A DNA stretch of 63,056 nt, filler included, from Phoronis australis (taxonomy: Eukaryota; Animalia; Phoronida), in the NCBI GenBank assembly GCA_002633005.1. It is 6 parts of 6 records of this genome, joined end to end, with 100 filler letters (N's around TTAATTAATTAA, not from the genome) between each part and the next. Parts side by side here need not be neighbours in the genome. Positions count along the whole stretch, not along the records: positions 26,929 to 41,033 come from NMRA01001566.1; positions 41,134 to 43,906 come from NMRA01003431.1; positions 44,007 to 47,481 come from NMRA01002997.1; positions 47,582 to 53,066 come from NMRA01002328.1; 2 more parts are not named here. One strand, 5' to 3'. Below, piece by piece: positions 38,527 to 50,665 of the stretch (within the stretch, counting starts at the first letter, position 1; each line of letters opens with the position of its first letter). The position numbers were made by a program, and so were the translations under genes. The notes under the pieces were generated by a model. That model did not search any database and was not told the origin of the DNA. It worked only from the letters and a program-made list of their open reading frames with translations.

Positions 38527-39903
38527 TATGCGCCCACATATTTATATGTGGACGCATTATGCCGCCATCTCCGTCCGTCCGTATGTCCGTCCGGGCGGCG
38601 TCATTACGGTGTCCGGCGTCCGCTGCTCTATCTTCAAAACCCTCTGACATACGTTCCTGAAATTTGGCACATATGTTCCATTCATAATTGGAACGGCATG
38701 AGCAAAATTTCGGGCGGATCCGACTACCGGTGTGCCCCCTAGTCAGGCAATTTTAGTTTTTACGCTTACCTTTGTATCTTCAAAAGTCCTGAACGGATTT
38801 TCATGAAATTTATTATGTAGGCAGCGATTAGTGAGATGACGCTATCCTCTCGTTTTCGGATGGATTGGACGTAGTTTGCGCCACCTAGTGGCCATTTTCA
38901 CTGTTTTCGAATCTGTTTTTTGCGTATATCAACCAAACCGCTCAAAGGATGATTGTGAAAATTGGCATGTATGTGCTTACTGTAAAGGTTATGGTTGACG
39001 ATGATTTTCCAACGATTTCGACTACTGCGGCGCCTCCTAGTGGCAGTTTCGTTTTTGTTGCACCTATGGTTGTATCTCCTAAACCGTTCGCAGGATCTTT
39101 ACTTAGTTTAGCAAGTGTATTTATATGATGTTGACTACGGATGACGACGAGTTTCGGACAGATCTGACTATGGCTGTGCCCCCTTGTGGCAATTTTAGTT
39201 TTTTTTAAGTTTAATTCAGTATCTTCAAAGGTCCTCAATAGATTTTCATGGAATTTTAAATATAAGCATATATTGGTGTGATCTTCTTGTTTTTGGATGG
39301 AATTGAGGTATTTTGCACCACCTAGTGGCCATTTTCGCTGTTTTCAAATCTTGTTTTTGGCGTCAACCCCTGTATCAACCAAATCACTTGAAAATCGGCA
39401 TATATGTTCTCAGTGTGATGACGACCTTTGATGATGGTGACTGACTACTGTGACGCCTCCTAGTGGTAGTTTTGTTTTGCGCCCATAGTTGTATCTCCTA
39501 AACCCACTGCAGGATCTTTACTAAATTTAATGACTGACTACTGTGGCGCCTCCTAGTGGTAGTTTTGTTTTGCGCCCATAGTTGTATCTCCTAAACCCAC
39601 TGCAGGATCTTTACTAAATTTAGTAAGTGTATTTATATGAAGATAACAACAGACGACTATGACTTTCAGGCGGATCCAACGGACACTGTGCTCACTAGTG
39701 GCAATTTCATTTTATTCTGTTTTCCTTTGTTTCTCTGAAGTTCCTTGGCAGATTTTTATGAAATGTGGCAGGTTCCTGTTTTTAGATGGATTGTATGTTT
39801 TTGCGCATTCTAGTGGCCATTTTTATGATACAAATAAATAACCCTAAAAGCACACCATTTGCAATGCATTCGTGGGCACATTTCAACGCTCCGCGTTGCT
39901 TTT
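38527..39903 (+). mobile_element. Full-length HINE/DINE-type (Helentron-associated) non-autonomous element
   Basis: 5' subTIR ATGCGCCCAC with inverted partner, (GTCC)n microsatellite, CCTAGTGGC-containing internal repeats, 3' subTIR GTGGGCACAT, hairpin CAACGC-TCC-GCGTTG and a T run. Confidence 0.8.
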
Positions 39904-40111
39904 AATTAAATTTTCCTCTGTCAGAAAACAGTTGCTTGACTTATCAGCATTTTTGATTAATATTTTTCCCTGAAACTATACTGTCTTGTGGTTATTGTTA
40001 GGGATGGGTAGCCCCATCTATATATTATATGTATACATGTGATATGATTACAGAATACTTTAAGTCAGATATACCCAGAAGACTGAACTCCATGTTTGTT
40101 TATTCTCACAG

Positions 40112-40382
40112 GATTTTGACGATATTATCAAAGGATTTCAGTTGGACGATGTGCCGCAGAAGACAGCTCACACTATTACTGAAACAGAGGAGACCCCAGT
40201 GGTGATATCAGACAACCAGATGTCGTTGGTGTCAGAGATGCACCAACAGATCTTTCCACTGCTGACCCGTGCTCCTTGGCTTGGTCATCAAGCTGTGAAC
40301 TTGACCCTGGACTTCGCATCACCTGTGCGGAACTCTCATGAAGTGTCAGCCTTATTAACAGGAGACTTGTTGGATTCCCTTG
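40112..40382 (+). CDS. Candidate internal exon of unidentified gene (DFDDIIKGFQLDDVPQ...DLLDSL)
   Basis: TTCTCACAG acceptor, GC-elevated open frame and G|GTAAAT donor. The phase-0 start fits the 23774 donor. Confidence 0.5.
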
Positions 40383-40622
40383 GTAAATCAATTATTGCCA
40401 GAGTAACTGTGGGGGTGTAATGATTTTTAATTTAAAACAATATAAGTGAGTTTGTCAGCTCACAGGTAAGCCAACATTTTAACAAAAAGTCATGGTGTAA
40501 CTAAAATAATCGCATTCTACATTTTGCTAGCATCCCATTCTGTTCTTAAAGTGGCTTTTGAAAACAGTTGCTGAGTGTGAGCAAGATTTTCTGTCAGTTT
40601 TGCGCCAGTTACAATGTTTTAT

Positions 40623-41033
40623 TATGCGCCCACATATTTATATGTGGACGCATTATGCCGTCATCTCTGTCCGTCCGTCCGTCTGTCCGTCCGTCCGGGC
40701 GGCGTCCGGCGTCCGCTGCTCTATCTCCAAAACCCTTTGACATACGTTCATGAAATTTGGCACATATGCTCCATTCATGAATGGGACGGCATGTGCGAAC
40801 TTTCGGACGGATCCAACTACCGGTGTGCCCCCTAGTGGCAATTTTAGTTTTTTACGCTTACCTTTGTATCTTCAAAAGTCCTTACGGATTTTCATGAAAT
40901 TTGGTATGTAGGCACCTATTAGTGAGATGACGCTATCCTGCCGTTTTCAGATGGATTCGACATAGTTTGCGCCACCTAGTGGCCATCTTTAGTGTTTTCG
41001 AGTCTGTTTTTGTGCGTCCACCCCTCTATCAAC
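40623..41033 (+). mobile_element. HINE/DINE-type element, 5' part (cut by linker)
   Basis: Same 5' hairpin and (GTCC)n as the copy at 38527. Confidence 0.8.
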
Positions 41034-41594
41034 NNNNNNNNNNNNNNNNNNNNNNNNNNNNNNNNNNNNNNNNNNNNTTAATTAATTAANNNNNNNNNNN
41101 NNNNNNNNNNNNNNNNNNNNNNNNNNNNNNNNNTATCCATCGAAAGTACTTACTAGTTGGTACTTTAATTGGTCTGTAAAAGATGTCAACCTTCACTCAC
41201 TTGCTTTTTGAAAACTTCCTTCTTAGTTTTACTCAAGTGTTTTCCATATACAATTAGTTTTCAAAATAAACTGGAAAAAATATCAAAATTGTACAAAATT
41301 TTGGTGCGCAGAACCGCAACTAAATATCTATTTTCTTTCCAACTTGAAACCGTTTCAATTTTGGCTAAATGTCTCCACAGGTGGTGCTCCAGGCACGGCA
41401 TCGAAATCCCGACAATTTACTGTGAGAGCTAGTCCGTCCATAATGAAGATTGGCAGCTAGGCACTACTATTTTTCATCAAACTCTGACAGAAATTTGACA
41501 ATAAAACTATTTTATTGCAACAAAAGCTCTACTAAACTGCCAAACAATTCTGGCAAGAAGTTGACCAAATCTGTCCAGTTTATTTTGAAGACTG

Positions 41595-41804
41595 CGGTAA
41601 AAAATTTCCAATTGGGACAGTGAAAATTGATTATTTCAAGGTCAGAGCTTGTCCCAAATTCTAGAAATAGGCAATACTGGCCTGACCAAATCCAAGAACC
41701 ACTGGAAAGATGGCAAGATTATCAAAGTCAAGAAAATTCAATTTTTGCGTGAGTTTCAGCGTCCCAAATTCTAGAGACTGTCCCAAATTGGAGAATTTTT
41801 ACCG
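41595..41804. mobile_element. Small Tc1/mariner-pogo-like MITE
   Basis: TIRs CGGTAAAAAATTTCCAATTGGGACAG / CTGTCCCAAATTGGAGAATTTTTACCG; TA on the right flank, TG on the left. Confidence 0.65.
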
Positions 41805-41934
41805 TAGTTTCTTTCTGCAACTTCACATGAATGAGTAGGAGCGTGAATCATTGAGTGAATCTACGAAACCCTGGCCAAACACACTAAAGGTATTTTTGAA
41901 TGTATACGGTATACTGTGGCATTTGGTTTTGCAG

Positions 41935-42186
41935 CCACGAAAGACTGAATACCCTCTCAAGTCTCCGGGCGTCAAGCCAACTTCCAGTCGCCATAGCTCA
42001 TCGTCCATGCTGCGCTCCGCACGCACGATCAGCACACTGAAGCTGCTACCCCACGGGGACGAGTGTGACGAGAACTCACCCCTGCTGCAGAGCAACACCC
42101 CACCCACCACCCCCGGGGGTCATGCGGAGAGGAGCAGTGACTCCGGCGTGTTTACAGTGGTTGAAATACGTGGTCAGGGTCAGTAA
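41935..42186 (+). CDS. Candidate terminal exon, Ser/Pro/Thr-rich tail with ENSPLL dileucine-like motif
   Basis: TTTTGCAG acceptor, GC-rich codon-like composition and a stop at 42184-42186 followed by AT/TG-rich UTR-like sequence. Confidence 0.5.
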   Translation, partial: PRKTEYPLKSPGVKPTSSRHSSSSMLRSARTISTLKLLPHGDECDENSPLLQSNTPPTTPGGHAERSSDSGVFTVVEIRGQGQ

Positions 42187-42399
42187 GAATTAGTGTAATC
42201 TCAAAGATTGTGTGTTTTACTTGAGATGCTTTTAAGATTGTGATTGCAAATATGACAATTTTGATGCATCCACGTGTGTGTGTGTTTTTCTGTCCCAATG
42301 TTTTACTGTGTGCATGAGTGTGTGCATGACTGTGTGTTTGTGTTAAAAACAGAGAGGTTTTTATTGACTCGTGATCTAATGAAAAAACGCACAGTTTTG

Positions 42400-43582
42400 T
42401 ATGCACGAGTTTGTATTGACTTATGACATAATGACAAAATGGACAGGTCTGTATTCACTGATGGTTTAATGAAAAAAACAACAGGTTTTTTTGACTGGTG
42501 GCCTTATAAAAGAACGGACAGGTCTGTATTGCCTGATGTCCTAAGGAAAAACGGACAGGTCTGTATTGACTGATGGGTCTGTATTGACAGATGACCTAAT
42601 GAAAAAATGCACAGGTCTGTATTGACTGATGGCCTAATAAATAAATGGAAGGTCTGTATTGCCTTTTGGCTTAATGAAAAAACGGAGAGGTCTGTCTTGA
42701 CTGTTGACTTAATGAAGAAAGGAACAGACCTATGTCCGGATGATGACCTTATGAAAAAATGGACTGGTCTGTTTTGACTGATGACCTTATGAAAAACAGA
42801 CAGGTCTTTGTTGATTGAAAAACTAATGAAAACAATGGACTGGTCTGTATTGACTGCTCGCTGGTTCCCTACGTGCCTAGCCAGCACTCGGGTATCATGC
42901 AGTGGCATGCGCTTTAGCATTGTTTCATGTAACCTCAGCCATTGGTTAGCTTTACAACACCATGAAAAATGGCGGACTATAAACAGTTTTTAGCCTTATC
43001 ATGCAAGTGGCGTTGCAACAACTATTTCGTTTCTGCAGTGATGGTTAAGAGCCGCGTTCTTGAAGCACATACAAAAAAATAAACACATGTCTGGCCGCTT
43101 TGACGGTGTGTTATTCATACTGTATGAATACAGGACAGTATCGTAAACAAAAGTCATCGACTGTAGAAAGATACACTCCGAAAAGGCGCAACCACAATTT
43201 CTAGGATTCACATATCCTGAACATAAATTTTAAGCATCGATTTGTCTGCCCAACAGACCACATTCACACTTCAGTTCATCAGTCACACCACTTTGTTTGC
43301 GTAAAGCGCTGCCTGTTGAGAATTTCGACTACCCAGTCAGAGACGCTGGTGTAAAAAAATTTCCTGAGGAAAATTAAGTGATACCAGTGTGCTGCGGCAC
43401 GCAAGGAACCAGTGAGTATTGACTGATGACCTAATGAAAAAATGCAAGGTCTGTATTGGCTTTTGGCCTAATGAAAGAAGGGGCAGGTCTGTATTGACTG
43501 ATGACTTAATGAAAAGTCAGACAGGCCTATATTGACTAATGTATTGAAAAAAGCACAGGTTTGTATTCAGTGATGACCTAAT
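42400..43582. repeat. Degenerate minisatellite of about 40 bp, interrupted by a MITE
   Basis: Recurrent ACAGGTCTGTATTGACTGATGACCTAATGAAAAAA. Confidence 0.85.
42857..43416. mobile_element. Mutator-like MITE with 9-bp TSD
   Basis: TATTGACTG|CTCGCTGGTTCCCTACGTGCC ... GGCACGCAAGGAACCAGTGAG|TATTGACTG. Confidence 0.7.
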
Positions 43583-45492
43583 TTCTGTCCAACATGTCAC
43601 TTTTGATCTAAAAGGTCTCCATGTTCTACTACTTAATTCAAGTTTTCCCAAGAAAAATCCCATAACGTGCTTTTTAGACTTTTTCCGCTATATTTGAAGT
43701 TCCTTAGATTGGTACCCTTTTGCCACACTGTGGGAGATGGTTGCTAAACAACGATCATTGGTGACATGAAGTCGGGGACTACCCACCATCTTCAAACAGG
43801 ATTACTTCAAAGGCAACGACCCTTGGGGAATGTATTTGAACAGTCCACATCCTTGTTTCAATTTTTATTTCATTAAAAATTCTTTTCCCATGAACTGGCG
43901 GTAAGCNNNNNNNNNNNNNNNNNNNNNNNNNNNNNNNNNNNNNNNNNNNNTTAATTAATTAANNNNNNNNNNNNNNNNNNNNNNNNNNNNNNNNNNNNNN
44001 NNNNNNCAAGTTACGAGGTATTAAATATATGTACATCGCAGCGAGCTATCCCGAATTATTATAAATTGGCTTACCGAACAATTCGTCTTTCACAGGATTG
44101 CGAGATAATACCATGTTCACACAACGTGGTCTTCTGTAATCATTGCCGGCGAGTGGTTGAGAGTAGAGGTTTGTTCCGAAAGTACGAACGTAACGGAACA
44201 AAGACTGTGAACAATGAAAAGTGTCGTGCATTTAACAAATTCTGTATTTGTCAGTGTGAAGGAACGTCCTGGAACAAATATTGTTTTACAACTGATTAAT
44301 ACCAGGGAGAGATCTCTTCCTGATAATACGAAACTGACAGTTTCGGGTATTTCAGCAATAATTTCGAAATGTATCGGTGAAGAGGCCACTCGCCGGCAAT
44401 GAGTACAGAAGACCTCTGCCTAACTCACGTGACCCAGTTGACGTACTCGTGGTTATCACGCGCGTGCTGAAAAAGTTAACGGCAACTAAAAAAGTGGAGT
44501 TGGAATTCTTCGCCAGTCACAACTTAATTCTCAGCTCACAACTAAGCTTTATCGAAGATATGTTAAGAAGTAGAAAGGACCAAAACACTAAGCGCCTTTT
44601 TAAATGATAGTTTTAAGTGTAGAATGTATTTTTGACCAGGTGAAAAGTCAAAATCGGTGACCGGATTTGGGTTACCGCCCGTTTAAAATACATGTAACCA
44701 AATGCGTACAGAAAGCGAATGGAAGTATTGTAGCCCCCCCCCCCTAAATGGCCAACCGAGAGCTACGTGTAACGGCGTCGTCTATGCACTGTACTTGTTT
44801 GGACTTAGCCACGGGATCGGTGTTTCCTTGATTTTGTTTACTTCGATTACAGGCCGTTTTAGTAAATTGCAGCTATTCAAGTCAAAGTGGTCGCCATACT
44901 ACGTAACAGAAACTGAAAGGGGTTTCCTAGTGCTTTCCCAGATTTCCAACCAATGGGACTGACTGGAATGTTATGACGTCGGTTTCATTACTTTTAACTA
45001 ATGGAAAGCCAAGATAAACAACATTCACAGTCTACCTTTCGGTAACACTATGAAAGAGTATACCGCTTAAGCTAGATGACCGGCAAAGCACGTGCCAGGT
45101 GGGACAACACGTAACCTGTGCCAGGACGAAGAAGTCTCAGGACCATGATGAGAATGTGTATATGACTTTCGGCGCCGGCCGGGAGCGCGGAATCACGGTA
45201 GCCGTCGAGTCGGAGCCTGCATGCCAGTGGAAGACAGGAGGCGCGCTTCCGTAGAGGCCAGTGGAAGACAGGGGGCGCACGTTCGTACTGGCCAGTGGAA
45301 GACAGGGGGCGCACGGGTACGTTCTTATTGGCGGAACGGAGCCGGGACAGATTCTAGGTTTGCGGACTTTAGTTTCTCCGCGCATGATTAGGAAGTTTGC
45401 GCGGGTTTTGGTCGCGAAAGGAAATGTGTCGATTTCACCCTAAATAATCGACACATTTTAAAATGCGCGTTTTCACTATACCTTATATCGTG

Positions 45493-46490
45493 CAGTGGCG
45501 GATCTAGGATATCACAAGGGGGGCAACACTTTGTCCGGCTGTAAGCATTTGCGCAAACCACGATTGTAGATGCGTGTAGCACCAAATGGGGGGGTTTGCC
45601 CCCCTCCCACTTAGGAAAATTTTCTGTTTTTTCCTCTAAAATTCAAGCATTTTCCTTGATTCCTGAAGTATTATCCAAGAAAAAAAAAGCAAAAAAAAAC
45701 ACGGAGAACGTGTCAAACGGGAAAAACCGCACGCACCACAGCCACAAACTCACGACCTCGCGGATAGAGCGCGCGTGCTTTACCACTACACCACCACGAT
45801 TTAACTACTGATCTTGTGCTAAGAGACCTACTTGTTTGTGGTCCACAGCGTTTGCGCGCGAAACCTACTTCTTTTTGTAATGCATATTACACGTTTTATA
45901 TTTTGTGCAATCGGTTCTTAACAAATTTGTTGTATTTAAAATAGTCTTCAAATGCCCAAAAGACCAAATCCGTTTTTCGTGTTGACAATAATGTCGGGAT
46001 TGCTTTGGAAATCGTCTTAAGTTAAGGTTTGACAAAGAGAGAATTATGAGTTACTGAGTTATTCAACAAGGCTTCGATTAAAATTCACATCTTACCAGCA
46101 GTTTCTGTTTTTTCATGATCGTCACTCAGGTTCCATTTTCTTTAAAAAATGAAGTAAATTTTCTTCATTGCACAGTGGAGCAGACGACGGAAACGGAGTC
46201 GTAGTGCGCAGCGCCACTGCCGGTCGCCTGGGATATCGCGGGAGAGCTTATACTTAGCCATAGATTAGTTCCCTTACGAATGCCCCGTGTTCCGAATTTG
46301 ACTCTTGAAATTGGATCTGAGCCCCCCCCTCCCCCCCCCCCCCAACACTAAAACTGCAGACATTTAAATCTTCTTTTATCCATATAACTTTTATTACCGG
46401 GTTTAATTAATAAACTCAACATTTCCCTACGCTCTTGCTGTTTTATTTTTTTTGCGGCAGCCAAGGGGGGGGCCCTAAATCCGTTTATGT
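45493..46490. mobile_element. CAGTGGCGGATCTAG-type (hAT-like) element; a related end is at window positions 1-20
   Basis: CAGTGGCGGATCTAGG start with G runs and an eroded right end CCCTAAATCCG; the window begins with TAGATCCGCCACTG. Confidence 0.45.
45730..45798 (-). repeat. tRNA-derived (SINE-like) head
   Basis: Minus strand reads GTGGTGTAGTGGTAAAGCACGCGCG...GAGGTCGTGAGTTTG: an A box plus a degenerate B box, with no intact cloverleaf. Confidence 0.45.
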
Positions 46491-48256
46491 CGTGCCACTG
46501 TTGGAATGGCGGAAGGGGTGGGACAAAACTGGTGTCAAGCGGGAGATTTACCCCCGTACAAATAAAAAGCCTTCCATGATTATACGTTGATGATATAAAG
46601 GGATTTTTCTCGGCACGGTGACGGCCTGATAAATCTCGTCTGAGTTCATCCGTGTTAATTGACTTTCCTAGGCCATCAGATTTTTATGATTGACAATGCC
46701 CATCAGTTTTACAGATGAGCAGCAGGTAATAACCGAAATTCATAAAAGTTTGAAAACAATTCAGTCAAATTAAAACTGAGCAGAACGCAAGAGTGGCAAC
46801 GAACCAATGTTCCCGGCCATATTGCCTCCAATTTGTGGCCCACTACCAAATTTGTCAGACATCTCGAAACTCTAACCTAATGTGAAAACGATCGTGTCCA
46901 AGACGATTCGACCACGCACGGGTAGGAGATCTAGAGTTTTATATACTAGTATACTAGGTACAGTAAGTGCCTCATAGCTCAACTGTCTTTTATAACTTTC
47001 ATGCTGTAGTGCCACGTTGTGTTCGATATATCCACAGAACTCTAGAACTCGAATGCCAACTTTCGTTCGTAACTCATACATTCTAGAATTAGAGCTCGCC
47101 ACCTCCAGATTTCAAGGGGCTTGCCGCGGTAGTTTGCACTCTGCATTTCTGCTACTAGTGAGGTTAGATGGAGTGTTGTGACTTCGAGTGTTGTTGTCAC
47201 TGGCCTAGCCAGACGTTTTCAATAGGCCTACGTGGGGCCAAATTTTGGATTCCATTAAACGATCGTCCGAGAAGGGTGGTCCCCTCTCCTCACAGTAATA
47301 GACAATCAATTTCATCAGTCCCTAGAAATTATTTTACTGAGTAAGATTTGATCGCATGTTTCATCATTTTTTTGAAACTGATTTTTTTCAAAGTAAAGTA
47401 AATACATCAGGGAAAATGTGTGCTTAATACAACGTGCGTGCAGACACACGCATGCACGCGCGCGAGCACACACGCACACAANNNNNNNNNNNNNNNNNNN
47501 NNNNNNNNNNNNNNNNNNNNNNNNNTTAATTAATTAANNNNNNNNNNNNNNNNNNNNNNNNNNNNNNNNNNNNNNNNNNNNTAAGAATAATAACTAGAGG
47601 AAATCTTTCCTACCCAAAGTCACATGATCTCATTTAAAATACACGACAATATCTCACGTAATCTCGCGAAGTCTTGCTTTTAAGCGAGGTCCTCGCGCCA
47701 ACGGGCTTTGCTTCCTTTTAAGTGGCATCGGCAAATGTTTTTGTGCTTGATACCAGTTTTTGAGGAAGTCTTTCCTATCTAACGGTAATCCCCAAAGTAC
47801 GTTTTACGGTCCTGAAACCGACTGAGTCCCATTCATAGCCAACCCAGAACCATGTGATCATATTTAATGCAGAACTAATTCCACGCTGGGATTGGCTCAT
47901 TACAGGGAGGCGCTTTGTTCTGTTGACAACGGCGTCAAGAATAGCGGTTGCATGGAATTATGTCATGCATTTGGCGACATGTTCGAAGTTAAAGATTACA
48001 ACGTGAAGTGCCCAGTTGCTTGCCAGAACCTTTGCAATCTTCCTAATTTGGGTAAACGGGTGAGTGTAGTAAAACTGCAACATCGAAGTGAAAAAGTTGC
48101 TTTACGTTATACCACCAACATGTGCAGTTATCAAATAGGCTTCAACAGATATCTTCTTAACACTGGTTTGAAGTGATTTTGTGTTTGGATGGAGCTGAGA
48201 AGAAGTATTTTTGCTGAAGATTAAGAATCCACTCCATTTTATGCACAGAAACCGAT

Positions 48257-48274
48257 ATGGCTGGTTATACTAAG
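48257..48274 (+). CDS. Candidate first coding exon of EF-hand gene (MAGYTK)
   Basis: ATG...AAG|GTACGT phase-0 donor, compatible with the exon at 50955. Confidence 0.4.
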
Positions 48275-49013
48275 GTACGTTGACCTGTCAATAGGTGGAG
48301 ACAGTGATCTACATGTATAAATGGGAACATTTGCGCATTTTGATTTGAATGAAACGGGAGTGTACTAATATAACTTCGGTCCGATTAAGATACATTGGTA
48401 CCTCAGTAGCCGATCTTAAGCCGGTGTGCTTGGAACACATAGAATAAATTTCTTTTATTGGGTTTTGTCAATAAATTATCAAAAATAAATAATATCCGTC
48501 TAATGCTAACTCTAAGCTATTCACTTGGTGTCTCAAGCGAAGAAAGAGACCTTTCCATAGAAAGCCTGCATTCAGGTAGATCACGTGGGCCCTTTATCAC
48601 TTCGTTCTTAGGGTCAGTGCACAAAGATATCTACGCACATCGAATGCATACATGTATTAGGTCAGCTCATAGCTCGGGCCGCCAAATCAACCATTTTGCC
48701 TCGCGAGGGGGTGAGTCACTTGTTGGATTTTTTCACGTCCCTGTCGCAAACCTTCACAACATGCCGGGGGAGAAACCCAAGTTCTTCAGGCCAATTACAA
48801 TCGCTTGCCAAAGAAAGTTAGTAATTGCATTGACCATAACAAACCGTTCTCGCCCGCTCATTGAAACCGTGTGTACTGCATATACGTTGCTTTATTTACT
48901 GCGAAAGGGTAATCAACAATTTATCTCGCATTGGGAGGAAACAATGACGTGAGCTAAATTGCACTTGAGGCACACAGCTCAGGTCGTAGCTCTACGTCTT
49001 CGCTCGCCTTTAA

Positions 49014-50665
49014 AGGAGCATGCCACCCAAAAAACAACCTAAATTGTATCAATTTAGATGGAGTAGTTCTACTCCGTAACGACACGTACTGCGTTACCTG
49101 ACACCTGACGGCAGACGAAGGTGTTGAAATTATCCAATGACGTCATCGGTTTCCCACGCAGTTTGTTCAGCAGTTCACAACACTGGTTACTGGTGTCAGC
49201 TTATCGCTTGAAGTCATAGTTTAACATCAATAAATCATCAAACTACGATGTAAAACCCTTAAAAATACACCGAGTTCTTATAAAAACGTGTTGTTTTATT
49301 TCGCTCTTACAGATTTATTGGTATTTGCACACACCGTAGCCTATTTGAAAGTTCGGCAGGACAATAAGGTCCGTAGCAGGAGTTTAGGGTCTGTTCGGAG
49401 ATAATTTCGAAGTATTTTCCGTGAGATACAGACAGGAGAACCTAGATCTGTGTTGTTTAGACTTGTGATTTTCTGAATTCTAAACACAAAACGCTTGTTA
49501 TCCTGGCCAGTCGGAGCCCGATCAGGAACGTCGCGGCCGGCCGGATTGACTCGTTATCCCGGCCAGTGGCTCGGAAACTGATCAGAAATCACGAACATAA
49601 ACCAGCCAAATGTCAGTGGAAACTAAACTTCCAGTCAAGAAAATACTATACTAGTGAGCCAAAGTAATGTGCACCCGTGATTATGTTGGTGAATTAGCCA
49701 CGAAACTGCAAATCTACTTACTCGTCGGGGGCCGCTTTGGCCACAGCACCGTCAGGGCAGAAGTTGTACATTGACAATCATTATTTGAGTAATGTAAAAG
49801 GAAATAAAGATTCCTCTAACACCTGGCCGTGGGATGGAAATCGAGTTGTTTCAAAACATTTTTCTGCCATAAAACACTAAATTAGCATGAGCTCACACGG
49901 CCTCGGTGTCCCGTCAATTAGTTTTATTGCACCTAAAGCCAGTAACGCATTGATTTATTCATTGCTGGCTTCTCAAATCATTTGCACTCAAGAACACTCC
50001 AAAGGCACTACAAATTGCATCTAATGAGACAGACAGTTTTATATACATATTGGTTAGGGTGAGAATAATTCATTTTGAAACAGAACGCTCAGTAATAAAC
50101 GTCAACATGGCAACTCGCAATCCCGACTTAGTACGAGCTAGAGCTCATCAGTCCCGACTTCGCAGGTGGATCGTTAAGTTTTACAGACTATCAATTCGAA
50201 CAGGAATACAGTGATGAAGAAATACTTGAGAGGCGCCGTGAACAAGCTCAGACAACGGTACGTATGGAATTATTTGATAAGCCGGCATTCGTCAGGCACT
50301 GTCGACGTCTGCAGGCCACACACACGGAGATGTTTCACGGCCTCATACTTGCTATTTACAGCTTACATTTCATTCTTCACTACCATGAGCTACTTCCTAA
50401 GCATTTTGGACTTTCGAGGAAGTTAAAAAAACGATATACCCGCTTTCCTCGCAGCTGCTTAGTTCGGACAAGCGGGAACGATGCACCGCAACATAGCGGC
50501 ATTCACTCTGCATATGAACCACTGACGTCGCTAGCGTCGTTTCTCACCTTCCTCATAGGTTAACGCGACACCTGTTGGCAAGGTAAGGTCGACCGTATGC
50601 GAGGCGGTGTGGATATAAACCGATTAAGACGGCAAAAAAAAGACTAAATCGGGTGGCATTCTCCT
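49014..50665. mobile_element. Kolobok-like non-autonomous element, TTAA TSD
   Basis: TTAA|AGGAGCATGCCACCC ... GGGTGGCATTCTCCT|TTAA; possible transposase remnant EMFHGLILA...PKHF at about 50330-50410. Confidence 0.75.

Noticed and set aside
37337-38742. RT ORFs as an active retroelement or domesticated gene
   Set aside because: Frameshifted, the catalytic YADD is changed to YADN, and the ORF runs into HINE sequence.
40558-40841. Short ORFs repeated at several loci (APTYLYVDALCRHL...)
   Set aside because: These are translations of the non-coding HINE 5' end and (GTCC)n microsatellite.
45223-45313. Repeat-spacer-like triplet as a CRISPR array
   Set aside because: The variable parts are only about 10 nt, the context is eukaryotic and there are no cas genes.
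48458-48952. 164-aa ORF
   Set aside because: Non-ATG start, no recognisable motif or exon boundaries, and it lies in the putative EF-hand intron.
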